Assembly (NCBI GenBank): GCA_031426335.1
Contig: JANPLC010000168.1
Coordinates: forward strand, 16,907 to 80,906
Origin: Planctomycetota bacterium
GTDB lineage: Bacteria > Planctomycetota > UBA11346
Direction: 5' to 3'
DNA: 64,000 nucleotides
The notes under the pieces are model-generated. The model saw nothing but the letters and a program-made list of their open reading frames with translations, did no database searches and was not told the origin of the DNA. Shown in pieces: positions 35,543 to 44,604 of the stretch. The number at the start of each line of letters is the position of its first letter. The stretch's first letter is position 1. Made by a program: the position numbers and the translations under genes.

Positions 35543-37764
35543 GCGTTGAACTTCCCCTCGATTCGCAGCAGTGGCCACTCTTCCGGCTGTTCGTCCGTAA
35601 GGTCAGCAAGGGCACGGTCGATCCCTGGCGTCTGCTCCCAGGGTTCGGCCGCGGCCTGCAGTCGCGCATCGATGCCTTTCACGTGATCAGCCTCAGCCGG
35701 GAAACCATCGGCAAGGTCGGCCAGCTGATCTTCCGCGTCCGCTTCGGCGTCATCGATGACATCCCGACCAACCAGGAGCCGGAAGATCTGCTGGGCTACG
35801 AAGTCCGCTGCCTGGTTGCCGAGGTCACCGAGGAACAGATCGCGACGCTGTGGGACGCCAACGAGCAGAACCTAAACCTCACGTGGTACGATTGCTGGCA
35901 CGGCTGGATCGAAGCCCAACGGGACAAGTTGGCACCGGGCGCGAACAAGCTGCTCGGTGAGCGGTTCTATTACGCCTACGACGCCTCCCACCACCTCGGC
36001 ACCTGGCCGCTGCGTCGGCATGGAGCAATCTGCAACGGCCAGACCTACAACGACTGCGAAGGCCATCCCGGCTACAACACACCCGGCCCGAGCGGCGACG
36101 GCACCATTCTGGGCAATCGTGATCCACTCGGTTCGGGCTGGGATCCCAACGGCGATGCGGTCTTGTCGAAGTGCCATCGCTTCACCAGGCCAAGCAAGAC
36201 CGTCGCCGGGCTCTTCCGCGATCTCGATATCGTCGAGCAAGTCCTCAACGTCTACCGTGGCAAGGGCGATCCGGTCTACGCGGTGGCCGGCACCACCAGC
36301 CTGCTGAACGGCACCAGCTCGATCGTGCGCGTCACGGACGCCACCAGCGCGGCCGATGTCATCGACACCCTGTGCTGCCGGCAACGCGGCCGCGGCGTTG
36401 CCTTCTGGGACTTCGACCTCGCGCCGATCACCAGCGACGAGCCGCCAGCGATGAATCACCGGCTCCAGGTGAATCCCCAGGTCTATGACGACATCACCTA
36501 CACGGTTCCCGGCGGCAGCAGCGGCTCGATGAATGGTGCCCTGCATGCCAGAACCAACATCCGCGTCGATCTGGAAGGCGATCACCGCAACATCGCTGAT
36601 CACTTCCTGCTTGGCGATCGCCATGAGAACCAAGTCGAATACCTGGAATCCGTCGGTGAGAAGATCCAGGCCCTGGGGACGTTCAGTGTCGTCGCCGGCG
36701 GCAATGCCGACCGCCGTTGGAGCGATACCGAGCAAACCAACCTGCTGGCGCTCGCGGTGGACAAGCGCCGTGACCAGGTGTGGCAGAATGTCTACCACCT
36801 CTTTGGTCTGAACACCAAGTGGGACGGCCGCGGCGACCACGGCAACGGCGCCGGCGGATCTCGCCTGGATTACCGCTGCTCGGACAGCGGCCAGATCATC
36901 ACGCCATCCGGTGCTGCCGACACGTCACCACTCAACGTGCGGTTCCTCACCACCATTCCGCTTTATGAGGGCTACGACTATTCTGGCTCGGCGCCGGCGC
37001 GGCGTTTCGGTGCTCCTGAAACAGCACAGCCCTCGCGCCGTCAGCCCATGATCCTGGTCCGCAGTGCGAACGACAAGTTCTACGACGGCCGCTACGACTA
37101 CGGATTGACCATGGCGATCCATGGTGACCAGTTCTTTGTCGCCCATCCCAGCGATGATGGCACGCGGGTCATTGGTGACCCGGCGCAGTCATCGCTCGCC
37201 TCGTCCTGGAAGTGGGACCGACTCGTGCTGGTCGCCGCGTTGGAGCTGCCACACCGCGTGCGCATGGCCAGCGGCGATCCGAACGCGACCCGCAAGTTGC
37301 GGATCAACCATCGCGGCGTGCACCTCTGGGTCGCCTCTCCTGGGATCTATGATTTCAACGGCGCAGCGCGTAACACCGACGGCACCTTCCCGGTCTTCAC
37401 GGGTGCCTGCGCTGCCAACAAGGGCATCCTGCGCGACGATCGCGAGACGCTCGCCATCGTGCACGTACTGGCCGTCGCGTGGTACGGTCCGTTCACCGGC
37501 AAGCCCGCCGACCAGATCACCCGCCGCGTCGCCCGCTGGTCCCTCAAGGCCTGCGGATTTCTGCCCAGCTTCATCAGCATTGTCGACGGTGACGCTGAAA
37601 CAGTCCAATATCCCAGGCTCGGCCAGTTCGTCACCACGCTCACCGCCGGTGGGAAGATCTGGGACATCAACACGCCGATCACCTCGATCTCGTATGACAA
37701 TATCAACGGCATCACGACCTGGTCGACCGACTGGAGTGAGCTCGACTTCGCTGAGGTGCGCTGA
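35539..37764 (+). CDS. Large tail/host-interaction protein
   Basis: 741 aa from the GTG at 35539 (GTGA overlap); largest structural ORF. Confidence 0.5.
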   Translation: MSVELPLDSQQWPLFRLFVRKVSKGTVDPWRLLPGFGRGLQSRIDAFHVISLSRETIGKVGQLIFRVRFGVIDDIPTNQEPEDLLGYEVRCLVAEVTEEQIATLWDANEQNLNLTWYDCWHGWIEAQRDKLAPGANKLLGERFYYAYDASHHLGTWPLRRHGAICNGQTYNDCEGHPGYNTPGPSGDGTILGNRDPLGSGWDPNGDAVLSKCHRFTRPSKTVAGLFRDLDIVEQVLNVYRGKGDPVYAVAGTTSLLNGTSSIVRVTDATSAADVIDTLCCRQRGRGVAFWDFDLAPITSDEPPAMNHRLQVNPQVYDDITYTVPGGSSGSMNGALHARTNIRVDLEGDHRNIADHFLLGDRHENQVEYLESVGEKIQALGTFSVVAGGNADRRWSDTEQTNLLALAVDKRRDQVWQNVYHLFGLNTKWDGRGDHGNGAGGSRLDYRCSDSGQIITPSGAADTSPLNVRFLTTIPLYEGYDYSGSAPARRFGAPETAQPSRRQPMILVRSANDKFYDGRYDYGLTMAIHGDQFFVAHPSDDGTRVIGDPAQSSLASSWKWDRLVLVAALELPHRVRMASGDPNATRKLRINHRGVHLWVASPGIYDFNGAARNTDGTFPVFTGACAANKGILRDDRETLAIVHVLAVAWYGPFTGKPADQITRRVARWSLKACGFLPSFISIVDGDAETVQYPRLGQFVTTLTAGGKIWDINTPITSISYDNINGITTWSTDWSELDFAEVR

Positions 37765-38153
37765 TGGATGACTTGCTCCACGAACAGGACGAAGATCGCG
37801 CCCGCCGGCCGCTGTGGGTGCCGCCGTCAGGCGTCCCTTATTTGTTCGTCAACATCGTCGGCGGCAACACGCTCGACAGCGGCGAGGACGGCGTAAAATA
37901 TAAGGATACGACCATCGCAACGGTGCCATCCGCCTACGATCCAGACGTAACCAGCAGCTTCATCGACGGCATTGGGCGCGGGACGCTCTACCGCAACGGG
38001 GTCGCGCAAGGTATGGTCTTGGTTGTGAATGATCCGCGGGGCGTGAATCGCAATGCCGTTCTGGCCGGAGAAAATCCGTACACCGGCAGCTTCGTGGATA
38101 TTCCCGTGTCAGGTGGCGGCGGGGCGACGGTGCGCGCCTACGTGATTTGCTGA
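37764..38153 (+). CDS. Hypothetical tail protein
   Basis: 1-nt TGATG overlap. Confidence 0.45.
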   Translation: MDDLLHEQDEDRARRPLWVPPSGVPYLFVNIVGGNTLDSGEDGVKYKDTTIATVPSAYDPDVTSSFIDGIGRGTLYRNGVAQGMVLVVNDPRGVNRNAVLAGENPYTGSFVDIPVSGGGGATVRAYVIC

Positions 38154-38154
38154 T

Positions 38155-39246
38155 ATGATCCCGTACAACAGGAGCAAAATTGTCGGCGCAAATCCCTTTA
38201 TCGTACGCAACGGACAGGGCTACAGCACGGAATACGGTCTCAATATTATTGGGATTAACGAACCGGCCCAGGCAAGCGGCTTCACGGATGGCTCTGCTGC
38301 TGCCGCTCTCAATATGGGACCGGACATGCCATCGCCGCCGATATTTCGTTGGAAGCCAATCGTCGCGATGGTGACGGACTGGCCGTGGGCCACCGATGAG
38401 ATCGACACACCATTCGACCAGAGCAACTTGTTGGCGCTCCGCACGAGGTGCTGTATTGTTGGCGAGGAGGGGGACATCGGCGCCGGTGGTGAGGTCAACT
38501 GGTGGACTGCCGTCCCTAAGGTTCTTCCTGTAGGATTTACACCCAGGGGCCGGGCGGGTATAATTGGCGGCATAGGAGCGGACCACCTTGGCGACTTCCC
38601 GGCTTACGGTCCTGTGACCTGGGACCCGTACTACCTCCAATACAGCACGCGGGAAATCAAGTGGCGCGAGCCGCTACAAATAAACGGCGCAGGAACGGCC
38701 ACGTATACCGGCTACGGGTGGGTGCCATGCAACCTTTCGCGCGTGTCGCTGCCGATCGCTGAGCCGACGTATTGGTACGGCGCCGGTGGCTCGACTTACA
38801 ATCTTGGATTGATGCGAGAGGTACCGAACGCGGCAACGGGCGGCGGACCTCCGCGGCCTCCGCTTCGACACCTCGGCTTCCGCGGCGGCCGCTTTGAGTC
38901 TACAGGGCCGGGGGCTGGCCCGTATGCACCCGCCGGAACCGTTACGGTGTCCGTGGCGTACAGTGACACGGACGCCCCGGCATCCATGGCCGACGTGACC
39001 GTTTTGTGGTCTGAGGACATCACCACAGCAGCAGCCGGATACCGCACTATCGGCTCATGCCTGGCGCCGCTATCCGCGGGCGCGACCGCAAGAAAATATT
39101 GGTTTTGCATTGTTCGGGTCGTCAACGGCGCCATCGGCAATAGGTCGAGCGTCTACGGCGATCCTCGCATGTCCCCGCGCACTGACATCCCGGCGTGGTT
39201 CACGGCCATCACCGGCAACAAGGTGGCGCCGGGTGGGACAATCTAG
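38155..39246 (+). CDS. Distal tail / receptor-binding candidate
   Basis: 363 aa, last structural ORF; 5' third visibly A/T-richer than the flanks. Confidence 0.4.
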   Translation: MIPYNRSKIVGANPFIVRNGQGYSTEYGLNIIGINEPAQASGFTDGSAAAALNMGPDMPSPPIFRWKPIVAMVTDWPWATDEIDTPFDQSNLLALRTRCCIVGEEGDIGAGGEVNWWTAVPKVLPVGFTPRGRAGIIGGIGADHLGDFPAYGPVTWDPYYLQYSTREIKWREPLQINGAGTATYTGYGWVPCNLSRVSLPIAEPTYWYGAGGSTYNLGLMREVPNAATGGGPPRPPLRHLGFRGGRFESTGPGAGPYAPAGTVTVSVAYSDTDAPASMADVTVLWSEDITTAAAGYRTIGSCLAPLSAGATARKYWFCIVRVVNGAIGNRSSVYGDPRMSPRTDIPAWFTAITGNKVAPGGTI

Positions 39247-39410
39247 GTGGTGCAGTGACGGACGGTCACCGCCGACGTGTTCATACCGGCCTGTCCAGGC
39301 GTTGCTGCCGCCATCAGCTCTACCCACTAAGATCAACCTGTGGTATTCAGGGCGCCAGCTTCGAGGCGCTTGCTGACGCTCTCACGCACGTGCTCGTCGC
39401 TCAGTCCCTC

Positions 39411-39596
39411 ATGGACCAAGTCGAGGGCATTGCGCAGCTCGGCTCCATGAAGGCTGCACCAGAAGAATACTGGAACTCCTGGGAGAGCGCCGACGCGGTC
39501 AACGTTCCGTCCACTCACGTGACGGTGGCCGTGCTGAAGAGTGAAGCTCGCATCCAGGCCGACTTCAAGGTGGCCCGTTCTGCCGCAACGGGCTGA
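39411..39596 (+). CDS. Small hypothetical cargo ORF (start uncertain: GTG 39390 or ATG 39411)
   Basis: High GC3 in this frame; competes with the antisense track ORF 39333..39518; no clear RBS. Confidence 0.3.
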   Translation: MDQVEGIAQLGSMKAAPEEYWNSWESADAVNVPSTHVTVAVLKSEARIQADFKVARSAATG

Positions 39597-39598
39597 CC

Positions 39599-39919
39599 TT
39601 GATTCTCTTCACTCACGGCCTCGGTCCCACCTTCGGGGAGGCCGAGGCCATTCTCGGCCAGTACCATATCGTCGTTCAGATGATGGATCATTTTGTAGTG
39701 AGTCGCACGGGGGACCCCGTCCCCATTTACCGCCTGGTTCGCACCACGGATGGTAATTCACTCACGATTCAATACTTCCCCGCAGATCAGAGAGTTGCGC
39801 ATGAGGTGCTCTGGGAATGGAGCAAACACTTCGGCATCTCCGCTGCTGAGGCGTTCAAGACACATCTGATCAGACGCGAACGATCTGTGCGCTGCGCAAA
39901 GTTGATGGTGGCAGCTTAG
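39599..39919 (+). CDS. Hypothetical cargo protein next to attR (TTG start 2 nt after the upstream stop)
   Basis: 106-aa ORF, lower GC, last ORF before attR. Confidence 0.4.
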   Translation: MILFTHGLGPTFGEAEAILGQYHIVVQMMDHFVVSRTGDPVPIYRLVRTTDGNSLTIQYFPADQRVAHEVLWEWSKHFGISAAEAFKTHLIRRERSVRCAKLMVAA

Positions 39920-39952
39920 TCCTAACCCGTTGCCAGATCTAAAACTCACAGC

Positions 39953-40014
39953 CATTGCTAATGTCCCGAGCGAGTAAAATCGCTCCGGCGGTTCGAATCC
40001 GCCAGTCTCCGCCA
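39953..40014 (+). repeat. attR: displaced 3' part of tRNA-Ser (62 bp)
   Basis: Identical to 559-620; followed by the presumably native tRNA terminator. Confidence 0.9.
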
Positions 40015-40097
40015 CTTCTGCCCCCGGCCTCGCGCCGGGGGTTTTTCTTTAACCGGACGTCGTTCGCCGCGAGGCCGGGGGCAGAAGTGGCGGAGAC
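40005..40097. repeat. 30-bp perfect inverted repeat (40005-40034 / 40068-40097)
   Basis: GTCTCCGCCACTTCTGCCCCCGGCCTCGCG and its exact reverse complement, 33-bp spacer. Confidence 0.85.
40021..40049 (+). terminator. Rho-independent terminator downstream of the tRNA remnant
   Basis: CCCCCGG-CCTCGCG-CCGGGGG followed by TTTTTCTTT. Confidence 0.75.
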
Positions 40098-40344
40098 GGG
40101 GTCGAACCGCCCGCCTTCGCAGAGCTACGGCGGGCTACGCGGGCCGTCGGCCACGCAGGTGGCCGACTACGCCGGGGCGGCGTACCCGCTTCGCGGTTCG
40201 AATCCCAATAAGGCGGGCAAGACATCGCGGGACTTAAGGCCCTCCGCGAACGTCAACGGCTTTGATTGGGATTCTCCGTCCATCTCTGAGCGGCGCGTTC
40301 ATCTTCTCTTCGCTTCTTTCGCTGAACCAGTCGGCTTATGAGAA

Positions 40345-40722
40345 TCATGGCCAGGAATACGACGAATCCTTGGATGAGGAAAAAACCGAGCCGTGCAAAA
40401 AGAAGACGGCTCCGTGGGTGAGAAACATAAACAGTCCGAACGCCTGAATGAACCTGGTCGGGAGCCAGGTCAGTCCATTGCCGGAGGATTTCCCGTGAAA
40501 GATTCGCCAAGCGGAGAAAAGCGCAGCAAAACCAAGGAGCGCAACAAAGGTCGCGAACAAACTCAACGACAACAGTGCGGTGTTATAGGTTATTGTATGG
40601 CGGCGAAAGATGACCCAACCGATCACGCCATCGATGAAAACGCAGCCCAGGAAAGCCGCGAAGCAACCGGCAATGCTGATCCAGCGCCAACGTTTGTGGA
40701 CTGGCTGCAGGTAGTCGGTCAT
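40345..40722 (-). CDS. Small multi-TM membrane protein
   Basis: 125 aa with 3-4 hydrophobic helices; A/T-richer than the chromosome. Confidence 0.5.
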   Translation of the reverse strand: MTDYLQPVHKRWRWISIAGCFAAFLGCVFIDGVIGWVIFRRHTITYNTALLSLSLFATFVALLGFAALFSAWRIFHGKSSGNGLTWLPTRFIQAFGLFMFLTHGAVFFLHGSVFSSSKDSSYSWP

Positions 40723-40911
40723 GGGTCGGCCTGAGCGAGAGGATCACGCGCCTGCGAAAGATTGGAAGTCGCCACCAGCTGCGGGTGAAAGTCCATTTCA
40801 CCCATGAGCCGCAGGTCGAAAGGCCCAAGCAGGTGCCGCCGAAGTCCTTAGTGGTGTAGAACGAATCGAAGCCGAGAGCGAGGCTCTCTGGATCCATCCC
40901 GCACCCGTTTA

Positions 40912-40931
40912 GAATCCGCCAGTCTCCGCCA
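40912..40931 (+). repeat. Third partial copy of the tRNA-Ser 3' end (GAATCCGCCAGTCTCCGCCA)
   Basis: 20/20 match to 601-620 and 39995-40014. Confidence 0.8.
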
Positions 40932-41014
40932 ACCTGACAGATCCACCATCTCCTGGTTGGCTCTCCTGATCACTAAAAAGTTAATTGCGGACTCGACATT
41001 CCAACCACGCGCGG

Positions 41015-41305
41015 TCAGACGAGTTCAACGCTCAGTCTGCGACCGAGCGCCGAAGCGGCGCGCCCCAGGGTGCTGAGGGTCACCGAGCCATTGGTGGTGT
41101 CGAGCAAGCGATCGACGGCCATGCGGCTGGTGTGCATCCGTCGCGCCAACGCCGATTTGGTGATCTTTCGGCGACGCATCTCGTCTTCGATTTGCAGGGC
41201 GATGACGCGTTTGAGCGCGGCGGCGTTGACCTCTTCTAGGGTTCCATCCTCACGCAGGAGGTCATCGAGCGTGGAACCGATGTTGGGGTGCTTCTTTTTG
41301 GTCAT
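41015..41305 (-). CDS. HigA-like XRE-family antitoxin
   Basis: MTKKKHPNIG...ITKSALARRMHTSRMAVDRLL HTH; ATGA overlap with the upstream toxin ORF. Confidence 0.7.
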   Translation of the reverse strand: MTKKKHPNIGSTLDDLLREDGTLEEVNAAALKRVIALQIEDEMRRRKITKSALARRMHTSRMAVDRLLDTTNGSVTLSTLGRAASALGRRLSVELV

Positions 41306-41637
41306 GGCCGGTTCCTCAGGAAGTGGGTGAGTCGACGTTCGGCGGTTTCGCGTTCGTTGTCCGGTGTCTTTCCGCTCTTTTTCACGAAGCCATGCAGCAC
41401 GACGAGTTGTTCCTGCCATACGGTGAAGAACACGCGGGCGATGCCATCAGGAATGGTGGAGCGCAGCTCCCACAAATCCTTCCCCATTTTACGCACCAAG
41501 GGCATGCCCAGTGGCCAGCGCCATTGCACTACTTTGAGATCTTCTCCGATCGCTTGTCGCTGATCGGCTGAGAGGCCTCACAACCACTCACGCGCAGGCT
41601 CGTTGCCCGTCGGTGAACAGTAGAACGCCACGATCAT
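41302..41637 (-). pseudogene. HigB/Gp49-like RelE-superfamily toxin interrupted by an in-frame TGA (41578-41580)
   Basis: Reading from the ATG at 41637 gives MIVAFYCSPTGNEPAREWL*GLSADQRQAIGEDLKVVQWRWPLGMPLVRKMGKDLWELRS...LHGFVKKSGKTP; both sides of the stop match the family pattern. Confidence 0.7.
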
Positions 41638-41655
41638 TGGCCGCATGATGTGGTT

Positions 41656-41671
41656 GTATCAATATTGATAC
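41656..41671. promoter_or_regulatory. Perfect 16-bp palindrome GTATCAATATTGATAC upstream of the TA operon (candidate operator)
   Basis: Located 19 bp upstream of the toxin ATG in an A/T-rich promoter-like stretch. Confidence 0.6.
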
Positions 41672-41785
41672 ACCAGTCCACTGGCAATCTCTCCCAAGCA
41701 CAAGGCGGCAACTGGAGGTCAGCACCAGAAAGACGGGACTCGTGAAACCAGTAAGCTGACCGCGTCTGCGCAGAAACCTGCTCCG

Positions 41786-43183
<1,398 letters not shown>

Positions 43184-43220
43184 CGCGAGCGGTGCAAGGC
43201 GTTTCGCTGAATGGCCGAGT

Positions 43221-43312
43221 TCGTGTCCCGTCCGAGAAATTCACTGCACTTGCCTTGGCCGCGCCGGCCGGGGCCAGCGGCATCTGCAGTGAATTTTTCG
43301 GACGGGACACGA
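43221..43312. repeat. 28-bp-arm inverted repeat (1 mismatch), 36-bp spacer, in the divergent regulator intergenic region
   Basis: TCGTGTCCCGTCCGAGAAATTCACTGCA (43221-43248) versus TGCAGTGAATTTTTCGGACGGGACACGA (43285-43312). Confidence 0.85.
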
Positions 43313-43401
43313 GCAGTCAGCGGAAGAACCACGTCCTGCACGTGGTAGCGGGATGCGGATTTTCCGCCGCGCTCTAGGCTGGCCACCCTCGGACAGGAGC
43401 C

Positions 43402-43791
43402 TTGGTGCCGCAAACCCTGATCCTGCTGGTGGAGGACAACCCCGAAGAGGCGGAAATCCTGCGCGAGGCGTTCGCTGGCGTGGACGCGAACCTGCGATTG
43501 CTGGTATCCGGCAAGGTCTCTGCGGCGTGGTCGTTGCTGATGGAGTTGCCGGGTGATCAGTTGCCCGGATTGGTGATCACCGATCACCACCTGCCGGATG
43601 GTTGTGGACAGGACCTGTTGGCGCGTCTGCACGCTTGTCCGACGCATCGCCACCTGCCGGTGGTGATGCTCTCTGGCGATCAGCAACGCCCGGCGGATCT
43701 GGGTGCGACCAAGTGGTTCGGCAAACCGGATACGTGGGCAAATTGGTGCCAACTGGCGCGCGTTTTGGCCAGCCAGATAGCGGGCCGCTAA
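43402..43791 (+). CDS. Single-domain response regulator (CheY-like receiver)
   Basis: ILLVEDNPEEAEIL...LVITDHHLPDGCG...VVMLSG pattern; non-ATG start. Confidence 0.8.
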   Translation: MVPQTLILLVEDNPEEAEILREAFAGVDANLRLLVSGKVSAAWSLLMELPGDQLPGLVITDHHLPDGCGQDLLARLHACPTHRHLPVVMLSGDQQRPADLGATKWFGKPDTWANWCQLARVLASQIAGR

Positions 43792-43815
43792 ACAGCAGAA
43801 GCCACGAGGCATGGG

Positions 43816-44376
43816 TCAGGCCGCCAGGGTGGGCATCTGCGGCCAGCCCGGATCGTCACTGAGTGTCGGGATGCGACCCACGGTCGCTACCGGACTGTCT
43901 GCGTCGCCAACCAGGAAGGCCGATCCAGGCGGCGGCATCGGCCACGTCCAAACCCGCGCACCCACACCGCGCAGGCTGAGCGCTAACACCGCGAGGTGGG
44001 CCGCGGTGGTGTCGTGTTCGGTCGACGGGATCAGCCAGCAGCTCACCGGCAACGACGGCAACGACAATTGCGCAGAGCGCGCCTGCGCACGCAGGGAGCG
44101 CGCCAAGCAGCGACCTTCAGGCAATGGCCCACCGGCCGCATTCCAGCTGTCGAGGCCCATAACGATGGGCAGCCATACGGCCCGCAGGGCGACCTCGGGT
44201 TGCAACGTGGCGCTGTGGTCGAGCAGGTCGTTGAGTGCCGTGATGTCGCGTTGGCGCATCGCACTGACCACCGCCTCACGCAGACCGGGTGAAACGTGGC
44301 TGGTCACCAGCGACAGGTCGACCAGGAAATCGGGGAGCTGGTCGTGGAGCAGTTGGGAATCAGCGGAACTGGACAT
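43816..44376 (-). CDS. Hypothetical protein, weak resemblance to a cobalamin-binding domain
   Basis: Start taken at the internal MSSSADSQ (ATG 44376); helical N-domain, then a Rossmann-like segment with STEHDTTAAHL in place of the DxHxxG region. Confidence 0.3.
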   Translation of the reverse strand: MSSSADSQLLHDQLPDFLVDLSLVTSHVSPGLREAVVSAMRQRDITALNDLLDHSATLQPEVALRAVWLPIVMGLDSWNAAGGPLPEGRCLARSLRAQARSAQLSLPSLPVSCWLIPSTEHDTTAAHLAVLALSLRGVGARVWTWPMPPPGSAFLVGDADSPVATVGRIPTLSDDPGWPQMPTLAA

Positions 44377-44604
44377 GGCAGGGTCCTCGGTGGAAGGAGC
44401 TCTTGGCAAGCCCCATGCCAATCCACCGTATGCTTGCGCAACAGAGCCAACGCCGCGCGGTGATCCGCCCATCATCCGGATAAATCGCGCATTCCGCCAA
44501 ACAGGAACCTGCTGGCCAACCTGAGCCCTGCACGGCGCCCTGCCCCTGGCCCTGCAATCTGCAGGATCAGGACCACATGGCACCCGCGATGTGCACGAAG
44601 CGGA

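Larger units (their letters stand above)
621..39952. mobile_element. Integrated temperate prophage (~39.3 kb), lambda-type head module, apparently complete
   Basis: Bounded by the 62-bp direct repeats; integrase next to the tRNA; CI/Cro, replication, terminase, head, tail and lysis-like genes in canonical order. Confidence 0.9.
40015..40911. mobile_element. ~0.9 kb relic of an earlier insertion at the same tRNA (tentative)
   Basis: Lies between attR and a third 20-bp copy of the tRNA 3' end; lower GC; holds one membrane-protein gene and tRNA-like debris. Confidence 0.45.

Noticed and set aside
37764-39952. A diversity-generating retroelement or invertible tail-fibre segment at the distal tail genes.
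   Set aside because: No reverse transcriptase or invertase ORF occurs anywhere in the prophage. I saw no template/variable repeat pair or flanking inverted repeats by eye.
40088-40460. A tmRNA (ssrA) or tRNA-Sec gene on the minus strand, suggested by the ...GGTTCGACCCCGTCTCCGCCA end.
   Set aside because: No complementary 5' acceptor strand (GGAGACG/GGGGACG) lies within about 400 nt. There is no plausible tag-peptide ORF ending in a hydrophobic ALAA-type tail, and no UCA anticodon loop. The expected 5' region lies inside a credible membrane-protein ORF. It is kept only as an unexplained tRNA-like fragment.
41546-41580. The in-frame TGA of the toxin gene read as selenocysteine. A 6-bp hairpin, CCGAUC-N10-GAUCGG, starts about 10 nt downstream.
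   Set aside because: The hairpin is short and lacks SECIS-like features. As I recall the family, the position holds a charged residue rather than Cys. No selenoprotein machinery is visible in the window. A pseudogene or an internal restart is the simpler explanation.
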